From contig DASTPT010000072.1 of NCBI GenBank assembly GCA_035762085.1, positions 3,956-67,955 of the forward strand: a DNA stretch of 64,000 bases. Reading direction: 5' to 3'. This document shows, in pieces, positions 8,678 through 18,525 of this stretch; position 1 is the stretch's first letter, and every line of letters begins with the position of its first letter. This stretch comes from Actinomycetota bacterium (GTDB taxonomy: Bacteria; Actinomycetota; UBA4738; HRBIN12). The notes beneath the pieces were generated by a model. The model saw nothing but the letters and a program-made list of their open reading frames with translations, made no database searches and was not told where the DNA came from. The position numbers and the translations under genes were made by a program.

Positions 8678-10204
8678 GTGGTCACGCTCGGCGAGCCGCT
8701 CACGCTGCGCGACGTCGTGGAGGTCGCCCGGGGAGCGCCGGTCGAGCTCTCGGCCACCGCGGCCGAGCGCGTACGCGCCGCCCGAGCGGTCGTCGAGGAC
8801 GAGGTCGCGAGCGGGCGGACGGTCTACGGCGTGACGACGGGCTTCGGCAGCCTCGCGAACGTGCGGATCGACCCGGCGGAGACCGACCAGCTGCAGATGG
8901 CGATCGTCCGGTCGCACGCGACCGCGGTCGGGCCGCTCCTGTCACGCGAGGAGGCGCGCGCGATGCTCCTGCTCCGCGCGCACGTGCTGGCCCTCGGGAA
9001 CTCGGGCGTGCGGGTCGAGCTCGTCGAGCGGATGGTCCAGATGCTGAACCGCGACCTGGTGCCGGCCGTTCCCCAGCAGGGCTCGCTCGGCGCGTCGGGC
9101 GACCTGGCGCCCTTGGCGAACCTGGCCCTCCCGCTGCTCGGCCGGGGCGAGCTGCTCGGCCCCGACGGCGCCGTGCCCGCCGGACCCGTCCTCGAGGCGG
9201 CTGGGCTCTCAGCGCTCGCGTTGGAGGCCAAGGAGGGCCTCGCGCTCGTGAACGGGACGCAGGGGATGCTCGCGATCGGCATCCTCGCGGCGGAGCGCGC
9301 CGCGAACCTGGTCCGCACCGCGGACGTGGTGGCCGCCATGACGATCGAGGCCGCGATGGGCTCGGACCGCGTGTTCGACGAGCGGCTGCAGGCGCTGCGG
9401 CCGCACGCCGGACCGACGGACTCGGCGGCGAACCTGCGGAGCCTCCTCGCGGGGAGCCAGATCGTGGCCTCGCACCGCGAGAGCCCGCATCTGGTGCAGG
9501 ACGCGTACTCGCTGCGGTGTGCCCCCCAGGTGCACGGCGCCACGCGCGAGGCGATCCGTTTCGCCCTCGGCGTGCTCCAGGTCGAGGCGAACGCGGTCTC
9601 GGACAACCCGATCGTGCTCGCCGAGACCGGCGAGGTGCTCTCGGGCGGCAACTTCCACGGGCAGCCGGTCGCGGTGGCGCTCGACGCGCTCGCGCTCGCC
9701 GTCGTCCCGACCGCGAGCATCTCCGAGCGTCGGCTCTACCGCCTGCTCGACCCGACGATGAACCACGGGCTGCCGGCGTTCCTCGTCGAGCGGAGCGGGC
9801 TGAACTCGGGCTTCATGCTGGCCCAGTACACGGCCGCCTCCCTCGTGTCCGAGAGCAAGACGCTCGCGCACCCGGCGTCGGTGGATTCGATCGCGTCGTC
9901 GGCCGGACAGGAGGACCACGTGAGCATGGGGATGACCTCGGCGCGGCACGCGCGCGACGTCGTCGCGAACGCGGAGGTGGTGTTGGGGCTGGAGGCGCTC
10001 GCGGCGGCGCAGGCGCTGGATCTGCGCGCGCCGCTCCGGCCGTCGCCCGCGACCGGCGCCGCCAGGGACGCCGTGCGCGAGGTCGTTCCGTTCCTGGACG
10101 CCGACCGCGAACTCGGGCCCGACGTCGCGGCGGTGACGGCGCTCGTGCGCTCGGGGGCGCTCGCCGGAGCCGCCGAGGCCGCGCTCGGCGCGCCGCTGCG
10201 CTGA
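8678..10204 (+). CDS. hutH: histidine ammonia-lyase
   Basis: MIO-forming GSLGASGDLAPLA motif and full-length HAL similarity. Confidence 0.95.
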   Translation: MVTLGEPLTLRDVVEVARGAPVELSATAAERVRAARAVVEDEVASGRTVYGVTTGFGSLANVRIDPAETDQLQMAIVRSHATAVGPLLSREEARAMLLLRAHVLALGNSGVRVELVERMVQMLNRDLVPAVPQQGSLGASGDLAPLANLALPLLGRGELLGPDGAVPAGPVLEAAGLSALALEAKEGLALVNGTQGMLAIGILAAERAANLVRTADVVAAMTIEAAMGSDRVFDERLQALRPHAGPTDSAANLRSLLAGSQIVASHRESPHLVQDAYSLRCAPQVHGATREAIRFALGVLQVEANAVSDNPIVLAETGEVLSGGNFHGQPVAVALDALALAVVPTASISERRLYRLLDPTMNHGLPAFLVERSGLNSGFMLAQYTAASLVSESKTLAHPASVDSIASSAGQEDHVSMGMTSARHARDVVANAEVVLGLEALAAAQALDLRAPLRPSPATGAARDAVREVVPFLDADRELGPDVAAVTALVRSGALAGAAEAALGAPLR

Positions 10205-10232
10205 GCGTCCTCCCCGGTGAGCGCCGCTCGAC

Positions 10233-11390
10233 CTACGAGTGGTAGACGGCGACCCGCGTGCCGATGTCCGCCAGGCGGTAGATCCACTTCGCGTGCCAGT
10301 ACGGCACCCGGACGCACCCGTGGCTGGCGGGGTACGTGGGGACCTCGGTCCACCCGTGGATCGCGCGGAGCCCGTCGAAGTAGCTGGGGTAGTACAGGCG
10401 GTTCGGGCTGTAGCCGGCGACCTTGCGGTACACGCGGAAGCGGCCGTCGCGCGTGGCGCCGCCCGCCCCGGTCGAGACGTGGATCACGTTCGTGACCTTC
10501 CGGTTCACGACGGTGTAGAGGACCTGCCGTGTCTGGTCGACCTCGATGTGGAAACGACGCATGTCCAGACGTGGCCTGGGGATCCGCGGACCGGCGAGCC
10601 GACGCCAGACGCCCTCGGTGACGGTGAACTCGCGCGCCATGCCCTGCACCTTGCGGAAGGCCACCACGGCGTCGCCGGTGCGGTGGTCGAACGTCTGGTC
10701 GATCCCGACGATCCGGTAGTGGAGCTCGCGCAGGCGGGTCTCGAGGAGGCGGACGTAGACCCCCTTCGAGCCCGAGCGCAGTCGGGGCAGGGGCGTGGTG
10801 TCGGAGCCGGTGGTGGCCACGCCGCGCAGGTGGTCGGCGTCCGCGAACACCGCGCGCGCCCGGTACGTCCCGGGGTGCATCACGCGGAAGCGCACCGAGA
10901 AGCCGCCGGCCGAGCCGATCCGCGCCTGCTTCGTCTCGACGCGCTTGCCCGAGCGCAGCATCGTCACGTCGACCGTCCCGCCCGTCACGGTCGGGGCGAC
11001 GGTCCCGCGGACCAGGACCGTGTCGAACAGCCGGACCGCGCCCATCCGGGCGGTGACGATCGCGCGGACCTTGACCGTCACTGGGTCGCTGACGGCGTCC
11101 CCCCAGACTGCACGCATCCGTGTGGTCCGGTCGAGGGCGAGCTTGACCGAGAACGACCCGTCGGCGTCGGTCGTGACGGTCTCCAGGACCGCGTCGGCGT
11201 CGTCGCGGATCTCGACCGTCTCGCCACCGGCGGCCGGGGAGATCGCGCCCGAGAGCGTGACGGGGTCCCCGTAGACGACGGTCGCCGCCGACGCCTCGAG
11301 GGTGACGATCGTCTCCTGCGCCGCGGCGGCGCCCGACATGACGCTCGCGATCAGCGCGGCCGCGACGAGCGCGACGACGGCCTTCCTCAC
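10233..11390 (-). CDS. L,D-transpeptidase (YkuD domain) with signal peptide and N-terminal Ig-like region
   Basis: C-terminal catalytic HGWTEVPTYPASHGCVRVP. GTG 11390 overlaps the hutI stop (GTGA) and gives the signal peptide VRKAVVALVAAALIASVMSGAAAAQ. Confidence 0.85.
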   Translation of the reverse strand: MRKAVVALVAAALIASVMSGAAAAQETIVTLEASAATVVYGDPVTLSGAISPAAGGETVEIRDDADAVLETVTTDADGSFSVKLALDRTTRMRAVWGDAVSDPVTVKVRAIVTARMGAVRLFDTVLVRGTVAPTVTGGTVDVTMLRSGKRVETKQARIGSAGGFSVRFRVMHPGTYRARAVFADADHLRGVATTGSDTTPLPRLRSGSKGVYVRLLETRLRELHYRIVGIDQTFDHRTGDAVVAFRKVQGMAREFTVTEGVWRRLAGPRIPRPRLDMRRFHIEVDQTRQVLYTVVNRKVTNVIHVSTGAGGATRDGRFRVYRKVAGYSPNRLYYPSYFDGLRAIHGWTEVPTYPASHGCVRVPYWHAKWIYRLADIGTRVAVYHS

Positions 11391-12649
11391 CGCTCCCACA
11401 CCACCCTCCCTCCGACGATCGTCCGGACGACGGCGTTGTGGCCCGGCCGGTACGGGACGAGACGGAACGCGTCGCCGTCGAGCACCACCAGGTCGGCCCG
11501 GGCACCGACCGAGAGCGTACCGTGCGTCGGGTCCAGGCCGAGCACCCTGGCCGGGTTCGCGGTGGCGGCCGTGAGCGCCTCGAGCGGCGTGAGCCCATAC
11601 AGCGAGCACGCGGTGGCGATCGCCTCCTGCATCGACAGGACGGGCGACGTGCCCGGGTTGAAGTCGGTCGCGACCGAGGCGACGGCGCCCGCGCCGAGGA
11701 GCGCCGGGACGTCGGGTGGCCGCGAGCGCAGCATCAGCGTCGAGGTCGGGAGCAACACGGCCACCGTCCGGCCCTCGCCGAGCGCCGAGATCCCGAGCGG
11801 CGAGACGTGGTTCAGGTGGTCGGCGCTCCGCGCGTGGAGAGCGACCGCGGTCTCGGCCGTGGCCGAGGGACCGAGCTGGTCGGCGTGGCACCGCAGCGGC
11901 AGGCCCGCGGAGCGCGCGGCGTCCGCGACCGCGTGCAGGTCGTCGAGCGTGAACGCGATGTCCTCGACGTACACGTCGACGGCGTCGGCCAGGCCCTCGG
12001 CCGCCGCCGCCGGGATCAGGTCCTCGCAGACCCTGCGCACCCAGTGCTCGCGCTCCACGCCCTCGGGCACGGCGTGGCAGGGGAGCAGGGTCACGGTGCA
12101 GGTCTGGACGGCCTCGGCGGCCAGGCGTCTCGCGAGCCGCGCCTGCCGGAGCTCGCGCTCGACCGTCAGGCCGTACCCCGTTTTGAGGTCGAGCGCCGTG
12201 GTCCCGTGCGCGAGCATCTCGGCGAGGAGCGGTCGGCAGAACGCGAGCACCTCGGCGTCGCTCGCGTCCGCGAACAACCGGGCGCTGCGGTAGATGCCGC
12301 CCCCACCGTGGAGGTCCCGGTAGGTGGCGCCGCTCAGCCGCGCCTCGAACTCGTCCGCGCGCCAGCCGACGAACGGCAGGTGGGTGTGGCAGTCCACGAA
12401 CCCCGGCGCGATCGTGCGACCCTCGAGCCAGTCCGGCTCCCCGGGAAGGTCCTCGGCCGGCCCGACGTACGTGATCACGCCGTCCTCCCACGCGACCGCG
12501 CCACCGTGGATCCGGATCGGCGGCTCCGCACGACCGCCCCGGAGCGGCCCGGCGCCGCGTGGGGTGACGAGCGTCGTCGCGGCGACCGCGCCGCTCGCTC
12601 CGTCCGTCATGGCCCCATGCAACCCGAGCCCCGGCCGGTCCGCAAGCAT
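11387..12649 (-). CDS. hutI: imidazolonepropionase
   Basis: GFVDCHTHLPF metal-binding motif, DFNPGTSP, and full-length HutI similarity. Alternative start at ATG 12610. Confidence 0.9.
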   Translation of the reverse strand: MLADRPGLGLHGAMTDGASGAVAATTLVTPRGAGPLRGGRAEPPIRIHGGAVAWEDGVITYVGPAEDLPGEPDWLEGRTIAPGFVDCHTHLPFVGWRADEFEARLSGATYRDLHGGGGIYRSARLFADASDAEVLAFCRPLLAEMLAHGTTALDLKTGYGLTVERELRQARLARRLAAEAVQTCTVTLLPCHAVPEGVEREHWVRRVCEDLIPAAAAEGLADAVDVYVEDIAFTLDDLHAVADAARSAGLPLRCHADQLGPSATAETAVALHARSADHLNHVSPLGISALGEGRTVAVLLPTSTLMLRSRPPDVPALLGAGAVASVATDFNPGTSPVLSMQEAIATACSLYGLTPLEALTAATANPARVLGLDPTHGTLSVGARADLVVLDGDAFRLVPYRPGHNAVVRTIVGGRVVWER

Positions 12650-12670
12650 GCCGCCCGTAGACTGCCAGCC

Positions 12671-13888
12671 GTGAGCGAGGGGGAGCGACTGGGGATCCGC
12701 GAGATCCTACGGATCCCGGAGATCCGCACCTCGATGGTCGGCACGTTCATCATCATGGTCGGCTTCGGGATCCTCTCGCCGATCCTGCCGCTCTACGCCC
12801 GGACGTTCGGGGTCGGTCTGGATTCGGTCGGCGTCCTGATCGCCGCGTTCTCGATCACGCGCCTCGCCGTCGACCCGTTCACCGGCGCGATCATCGGACG
12901 GCTCGGCGAGCGTCGCGCCGTCACCCTCGGGGCGGTGGTGGTCGGGGTCAGCACCGCCCTGTCCGCCATCGCGCCGACGTTCACGCTCCTCGTGGTCTTC
13001 CGAGGCCTCGGGGGCGCCGGGTCGGCAGTGTTCTTCACCGGACTGCTCTCGTACATGCTCCGCACGATCCCCGGCGACCGCGTCGGGCGCGTGATGAGCG
13101 TGTGGTACGCGTCGTTCAACGTCGGGATCATCGCCGGGCAGCCGCTGGGCGGGATCTTCGCCCATCTGTTCGGGCCGGTGAGCACCCTGTGGATCTACGC
13201 CGGGACGTGCTTCGTGGCTGCGGCGGTGTTCGATCGGACGATGCACGGCCCGGACACGGGGCCGCGACCTGAGCGCACCACGGGCCTCCGGCGCCTCCCG
13301 TGGCAACGCCCGTTCGTTGCCGTGCTCCTTGCGAACGGGTCGTACGCATGGATCATCGCGGGGGTCTACAGCACGCTGATCCCGCTCTTCGGCAACGAGG
13401 AGGTCGGGCTGAGCGAGCTCGGGATCGGTCTCGCCCTGGCGGTCGCCTCGCTCACCGAGTTCGCGGTCCTGTTTCCGGCGGGGAAAGCGACCGACCGGAT
13501 CGGACGCAAGGCCGTGCTCATCCCGGGGTACGTCGCCATGACCATCGCGCTCGTCCTGTGGCCGTTCGCGACGACGGCCGCGCTGTTCTTCCTTGCGAGC
13601 GGCGTGTTCGGTGTCGTCTCCGGGTACGCCGGCGTCCCGCAGGCGCCGATGCTGTCCGACGTCACGGATGACGACATCAGAGGAACGGCCGTGGCGGTGT
13701 TCCGGTTCATGGGCGACCTGGGGTTCGTCCTCGGGCCCCTCGTCGCCGGGGTGACGGCGGACGCCTGGGGGTACGGCGGGGCGTTCTCGATCTCGGCGAT
13801 CCCGCTCGTCGTGACCCTGCTGTTCGTCCTCACGGTGCCCGAGACGATGCGTGCGCTGCCGCGCACGGGCGAGGCGCCGGGGTTCTGA
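12671..13888 (+). CDS. MFS transporter
   Basis: About 12 predicted TM segments. MFS motif GAIIGRLGERR between TM2 and TM3. GTG 12671 is in frame with the long track ORF 11438-13888. Confidence 0.85.
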   Translation: MSEGERLGIREILRIPEIRTSMVGTFIIMVGFGILSPILPLYARTFGVGLDSVGVLIAAFSITRLAVDPFTGAIIGRLGERRAVTLGAVVVGVSTALSAIAPTFTLLVVFRGLGGAGSAVFFTGLLSYMLRTIPGDRVGRVMSVWYASFNVGIIAGQPLGGIFAHLFGPVSTLWIYAGTCFVAAAVFDRTMHGPDTGPRPERTTGLRRLPWQRPFVAVLLANGSYAWIIAGVYSTLIPLFGNEEVGLSELGIGLALAVASLTEFAVLFPAGKATDRIGRKAVLIPGYVAMTIALVLWPFATTAALFFLASGVFGVVSGYAGVPQAPMLSDVTDDDIRGTAVAVFRFMGDLGFVLGPLVAGVTADAWGYGGAFSISAIPLVVTLLFVLTVPETMRALPRTGEAPGF

Positions 13889-13899
13889 GGGGGTATCGG

Positions 13900-14337
13900 A
13901 TGAAGGTTTCTTCGGAGATCGTGCTGCCGGTCCCGCCCGAGCGGGTCTGGGAGCTGCTCCTGCGCTGGGAGGAGCAGCCGCGGTGGATGCGGGACGCGGA
14001 CTCGGTGCGCGTGATCGGCACACAGCGCGACGGCGTCGGCACGACGATCGCCGTCCGCACGCGGGTGCTGAACGTGCCGCTGTTCACCGAGCGACTCGAG
14101 GTCACCGTCTGGGAGCCGCCGCGTCGGCTCGTGATGGCCCACCGCAGCTTCGTCCGCGGCGTCGGCACGTGGCGCCTCCAACCGGTCGAGGGCGGGACCT
14201 GGTTCTCGTGGGTCGAGGCCCTTCGGCTCCCCGTGCCGATCCTCGGCGAGCTCGCGCTGCGGGTCTACCGGCCCTTCATGCGCCGGCTCATGCGCGAGGC
14301 GCTCGCCGCGCTCCGCGAGCTCTCGGCGGCGGCCTGA
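13900..14337 (+). CDS. SRPBCC (START/polyketide cyclase-like) family protein
   Basis: SSEIVLPVPPERVWELLLRWEEQPRWM is a typical SRPBCC N-terminus. Confidence 0.75.
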   Translation: MKVSSEIVLPVPPERVWELLLRWEEQPRWMRDADSVRVIGTQRDGVGTTIAVRTRVLNVPLFTERLEVTVWEPPRRLVMAHRSFVRGVGTWRLQPVEGGTWFSWVEALRLPVPILGELALRVYRPFMRRLMREALAALRELSAAA

Positions 14338-14394
14338 CGCTCCCGAGACCGCCAGGCGACGGCGCGCCCGCCCCCCGCCCGCGCTAGCATGGCG

Positions 14395-14490
14395 CGGCAA
14401 GCGGGGGAGCCCGGTGCCACCGGGCTGAGAGGGCGGGTGTCACCCGCCGACCCTTCGAACCTGATCCGGTTCGTACCGGCGGAGGGAGCG
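14395..14490 (+). promoter_or_regulatory. TPP (THI-box) riboswitch
   Basis: GGGGAGCCCGGUGCCACCGGGCUGAGAGGGCGGGUGUCACCCGCCGACCCUUCGAACCUGAUCCGGUUCGUACCGGCGGAGGGAG contains the conserved CUGAGA and ACCUGAUCCGG..UACCGGCG.AGGGA cores. The 3' arm contains the GGAGGGAG Shine-Dalgarno of the downstream ATG 14494. Confidence 0.9.
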
Positions 14491-14493
14491 AGC

Positions 14494-15897
14494 ATGGCGA
14501 GCGTCACCGATCGGATCGAGGCGGTCCTCGAGCGCGAGGCGCCGACGTGGGGGATCCGGCCGGTCCCGCCGGACCGGCGACGGCTTTCGGGACTGGATCT
14601 GGCGGTCCTGTGGGGCGACCTGTCGGTCGGCCTCCTCGTGATGGTCACCGGGGCGCTCCTCGTCCCGGCGCTCGGGTTCCCCAGGGCGCTGCTCGCGATC
14701 GTGGTCGGGAGCGTGATCGGGTGCGTGCCGCTCGCGCTCGTCGGGCTGGCGGGGGAGCGCGAGGGCGTGCCGTCGATGGTGCTGTTCCGCCCGGTCCTCG
14801 GGCACAAGGGCTCGTTCATCCCGTCGGCGCTCAACCTGCTTCAGCTCGTGGGCTGGACCGCGGTCGAGTTCTGGGCGATGGGCCAGGTGGCCAACGTCGC
14901 CGCGAGCGAGCTGTTCGGGCTCGACGCGCCGTGGGTCTGGACCGTGGTCGTCGCGGCGCTGTGCACGGGGCTCGCGCTCGGCGGGCCGGTGCTGGTCGTA
15001 CGGCGGTGGCTCGAGCGCTTCGGGATCTACGTGCTCCTCGCGACGGCGCTGTGGATCACGGTCCGGGCGCTCGGGGCAGGCGACCTCGGCGCGATCTGGC
15101 GCGGCCCGGGCGAGGGCGGTCTCCCGTTCTGGCTGGCCGTCGACCTGGTCATCGTGATGCCGGTCTCGTGGCTGCCGCTCGTGGCGGACTACACGCGGTT
15201 CGCGCGACCCGGCAGCGGCGGCGTCGCCGGCACGTACCTCGGGTACCTGATCGGCAACGCGTGGTTCTACGCGCTCGGCGCGCTGCTGGTGCTCGGCGCG
15301 GGGGCGGCGGCCGACGTCCTCGGCATCGGAACGGCGATCGTCGGGGCGGCCGGTGGGGCGCTCCTGCTCATCGCGCTGCTGGTGGGCGAGAGCGACAACG
15401 CGTTCGCGGACCTGTACTCGGCGGCCGTCTCGATCCAGAACGTGGCGCCGGAGGCGCCCCAGCGGTGGCTCGTCGGGGCGCTCGGCGCGATCGCGCTCGG
15501 GCTGGCGCTCACGCTGTCGATGGAGCGGTACGAGCTGTTCCTGCTGCTGATCGGCTCGGTATTCGTGCCGCTGTTCGGCGTGTTCGTCGCCGACTGGCTG
15601 GTCCGGGCCGGCGGTCGGTACGGCCCCGGGCGCCTGTTCGCCGCGACCGGCGTCCGGTGGCTCGCGCTGCTGCCGTGGCTGGCCGGCTTCCTCGTGTACC
15701 ACTGGAGCGTTCCGACCGGCCCGCAGGCGTGGGTGGACGGCGTCCGCACCGTGTTCGGCGACTGGCTGGGGCTCCCGTTCCCGCTGTTCGACTCGGCGGT
15801 CGGGGCGAGCCTGCCGAGCTTCGCGATCGCGTTCGTCCTGGCGCTGGCGTTGCCTCGGCAGCGCGCCGACGGACGCGCGCCCGCGGCTACTGGGTGA
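14494..15897 (+). CDS. NCS1-family permease, CytX-like (putative hydroxymethylpyrimidine/thiamine-precursor transporter)
   Basis: Purine-cytosine permease-like 12-TM protein (LSGLDLAVLWGDLSVGLL..., GVPSMVLFRPVLG) directly behind a TPP riboswitch. Confidence 0.85.
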   Translation: MASVTDRIEAVLEREAPTWGIRPVPPDRRRLSGLDLAVLWGDLSVGLLVMVTGALLVPALGFPRALLAIVVGSVIGCVPLALVGLAGEREGVPSMVLFRPVLGHKGSFIPSALNLLQLVGWTAVEFWAMGQVANVAASELFGLDAPWVWTVVVAALCTGLALGGPVLVVRRWLERFGIYVLLATALWITVRALGAGDLGAIWRGPGEGGLPFWLAVDLVIVMPVSWLPLVADYTRFARPGSGGVAGTYLGYLIGNAWFYALGALLVLGAGAAADVLGIGTAIVGAAGGALLLIALLVGESDNAFADLYSAAVSIQNVAPEAPQRWLVGALGAIALGLALTLSMERYELFLLLIGSVFVPLFGVFVADWLVRAGGRYGPGRLFAATGVRWLALLPWLAGFLVYHWSVPTGPQAWVDGVRTVFGDWLGLPFPLFDSAVGASLPSFAIAFVLALALPRQRADGRAPAATG

Positions 15898-16225
15898 CGG
15901 CGCGCGAGGTGGGTGGGGGCGCGGCGACCAGCAGGACGACGGCCGGCTCGATCGACGCGTTACGGATCGTCAGCTCGGACCCGGCCGGGACGAGGACCGT
16001 CCCCCATTGATCCAGGCGCGTGCGGCCTCGGCCGACCTGGATCGCGACCTGGCCGGCGAGCAGCACGCAAAGGCCGTCCGAGTCCGGGTCCGCGATCGGT
16101 CCGAGCTCCTGGGCGCGCTCGAGGCACACGACCTCGGACCACAGGTGCCGCGACTCGAAGATCGTCCCGTGGTGCGGGCCGTGCTCGGCGAACCGGACGA
16201 GGTCGCGCAGGTCCTTCGACTCCAT
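15887..16225 (-). CDS. cupin domain protein
   Basis: Small beta-barrel-type sequence (CVLLAGQVAIQVGRGRTRLDQWGTVLVPAGSELTIRN). Its 3' end overlaps the permease convergently by 11 nt. Confidence 0.7.
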   Translation of the reverse strand: MESKDLRDLVRFAEHGPHHGTIFESRHLWSEVVCLERAQELGPIADPDSDGLCVLLAGQVAIQVGRGRTRLDQWGTVLVPAGSELTIRNASIEPAVVLLVAAPPPTSRAVTQ

Positions 16226-16308
16226 GAGCCCCAGCCTACCGGGCGTGGGGAGCGCGTCGGTCCACGGATAGACTGCCCTGGCTCGAGTCCGGACCCGAAG
16301 GAGCCCAC

Positions 16309-17799
16309 GTGACCACGTTCGACTACTCCACCGACGCGCCGGCCTTGGCCCGCGTCGACGTCCTCGTCCTGCCGGTGTTCGAGGGACCCGAGGCCGGTCC
16401 CGGCGTCAAGGACGTGAAGGGCGTCGATCTGCTCGGCCTGTACCGCGACGCTGCCCTCGAGGGCGAGCGCGGCCAGACGCTGCTCGTGCCGAACACCGGC
16501 ATCGATGGCCTGGCCGCCCGGTCCGTCCTCCTGGTGGGCATGGGGAAGCGGTCCGACGCCGGCGTGGACGCCGTGCGGCGCGCGGCGGGCACCGTGGCGC
16601 GTCAACTCTCGAAGCGGGGCTCGGTGGCGACCACGCTCGCACAGGCGGGCGGACGGAACGCGACCGAGGCGGTCCAGGCCGTCGTCGAGGGCCTGATCCT
16701 CGGCGCCTACCGGTTCGACCGGTACAAGTCGAAGAAGGACGACCCGCCGGCGCTCGAGCGGGTGACGGCGCTCGGTCCGGCCCGGTGGGACGCCAAGGCG
16801 ACGAAGGCCGCGATCGAGCGCGCCCGGATCGTGAGCGAGGCGGCGTCGTGGGCCCGCGACCTCGTGAACACGCCCGCGCGCGACATGACGCCGGCGGCCC
16901 TCGCGGAGGCCGCCGAGGCGATGGCGAAGGAGGTCGGTCTCCAGGTCAAGGTCTGGGACGAGAAGCAGCTCGAGCGGGGCGGGTTCGGCGGGATCCTCGG
17001 CGTGGGCCAGGGGAGCGTCAACCCGCCGCGGATGATCGAACTCACGTACCGCGGCGCCGCCGCCTCGAGCGCCCCGATCGCGCTGAGCGGCAAGGGGATC
17101 TCCTTCGACTCGGGCGGCCTGTCGATCAAGCCGGCCGACGGCATGGAGACGATGAAGGGCGACATGGGCGGTGCCGCCTCGATCCTCGGGGCGATGCGCG
17201 CGATCGCGCTCCTGAAGCCGAAGGTCAACGTGATCGCCGCGATCCCCTCGGCCGAGAACATGCCGAGCGGCTCGGCGACCAGGCCCGGCGACGTGCTCCA
17301 CCACCGCGGCGGCAGGACGTCCGAGGTGCTGAACACGGACGCCGAGGGCCGTCTGGTCCTCGCGGACGCGCTCGCGTATCTCTCCGAGAAAGGGCCGCGC
17401 GCGATCGTGGACACGGCGACGCTCACGGGCGCGTGCATGGTCGCCCTCGGCGAGGAGATCTGGGGCGTCTTCGGGACCGACCGCGGGCTCGTCCGCGACC
17501 TGCTCGCGGCGGGCGAGGCCGCCGGCGAGCCGGGATGGGAGCTGCCCCTCCACCGTCCGTACCGGAAGCTGATCGACTCGCCGGTCGCCGACGTGAAGAA
17601 CATCGGCAAGCGCTACGGCGGGGCGATCACCGCGGCGCTGTTCCTGTCCGAGTTCGTCGGCGACGTACCGTGGGCCCACGTGGACATCGCCGGGCCCGCG
17701 TTCGCCGAGAAGGCGGGCGACCTCTACCCGAAGGGCGCGACGGGCGTCCCGGTTCGCACGCTCGTCGCGTACGTGCTCGGGCAGGCTCCGAAGCGCTGA
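16309..17799 (+). CDS. pepA: leucyl aminopeptidase (M17)
   Basis: M17 signature NTDAEGRLVLAD and GKGISFDSGG. AAGGAG lies upstream of GTG 16309. Confidence 0.93.
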   Translation: MTTFDYSTDAPALARVDVLVLPVFEGPEAGPGVKDVKGVDLLGLYRDAALEGERGQTLLVPNTGIDGLAARSVLLVGMGKRSDAGVDAVRRAAGTVARQLSKRGSVATTLAQAGGRNATEAVQAVVEGLILGAYRFDRYKSKKDDPPALERVTALGPARWDAKATKAAIERARIVSEAASWARDLVNTPARDMTPAALAEAAEAMAKEVGLQVKVWDEKQLERGGFGGILGVGQGSVNPPRMIELTYRGAAASSAPIALSGKGISFDSGGLSIKPADGMETMKGDMGGAASILGAMRAIALLKPKVNVIAAIPSAENMPSGSATRPGDVLHHRGGRTSEVLNTDAEGRLVLADALAYLSEKGPRAIVDTATLTGACMVALGEEIWGVFGTDRGLVRDLLAAGEAAGEPGWELPLHRPYRKLIDSPVADVKNIGKRYGGAITAALFLSEFVGDVPWAHVDIAGPAFAEKAGDLYPKGATGVPVRTLVAYVLGQAPKR

Positions 17800-17804
17800 A
17801 GACC

Positions 17805-18518
17805 GTGGAGGTTCAAGGGCGCACCGGCCCGGTCCTCGCGATCTTCGCGCACCCCGACGACGCCGAGATCTGCGCGGGTGGCACGCTCGCGAAGTGGGTC
17901 GACGCCGGGCGCGAGGTCCACCTGCTCGTCCTGACGAACGGCGACCGAGGGTCGACCGACCCGTGGCGCGATCGCGCCGAGCTCGCCGCCACGCGCGCCG
18001 CCGAGACGCAGGCCGCGGCCCGGATCCTCGGGCTCACGACCGCCCACATCCTGGACGTGCACGACGGTGAGCTGGAGAACACCACCGAGATCCGCGAGGC
18101 GGTGATCCGCCGGATCCGGATGATGCGGGCGGAGACGGTGGCGAGTTGCGACCCCACCGCCTGGTTCTTCGAGGAGCGGTACTACAACCACTCCGATCAC
18201 CGGCGGGCGGGCGAGATCGCGCTCGACGCCGTGTTCCCCGGCGCCGGGAACCCGCACTACTTCGCCGAGCAGCTGTCCGAGGGCCTCGACGTTCGGGAGG
18301 TGCACGACGTGTGGCTCGGGTGGACGAACGAGCCGAACCACGTGGAGGACGTCACCGGGCACTTCCGGACGAAGATGGACGCACTCGCGGTGCACGCCAG
18401 CCAGATCGAGGAGGGCATCGCCTTCTTCCAGGAGGAGCTCGAGCGCGAGGCCACCGCGTCCGGCGCGAAGATCGGCGTCGAGCACGCGGAGGAGTTCCGC
18501 GTCCTGGCGCTCGACTAG
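17805..18518 (+). CDS. PIG-L/LmbE family deacetylase
   Basis: VLAIFAHPDDAEICAGGTLA and HSDHRRAG motifs. GTG 17805 is in frame with track ORF 16785-18518. Confidence 0.85.
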   Translation: MEVQGRTGPVLAIFAHPDDAEICAGGTLAKWVDAGREVHLLVLTNGDRGSTDPWRDRAELAATRAAETQAAARILGLTTAHILDVHDGELENTTEIREAVIRRIRMMRAETVASCDPTAWFFEERYYNHSDHRRAGEIALDAVFPGAGNPHYFAEQLSEGLDVREVHDVWLGWTNEPNHVEDVTGHFRTKMDALAVHASQIEEGIAFFQEELEREATASGAKIGVEHAEEFRVLALD

Positions 18519-18525
18519 CGTTGCA

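Noticed and set aside
10233-12491. 752-aa minus-strand ORF spanning the transpeptidase and hutI regions
   Set aside because: The true transpeptidase starts at GTG 11390 with a signal peptide. The upstream part is an alternative frame of hutI with Arg/Gly-rich nonsense composition.
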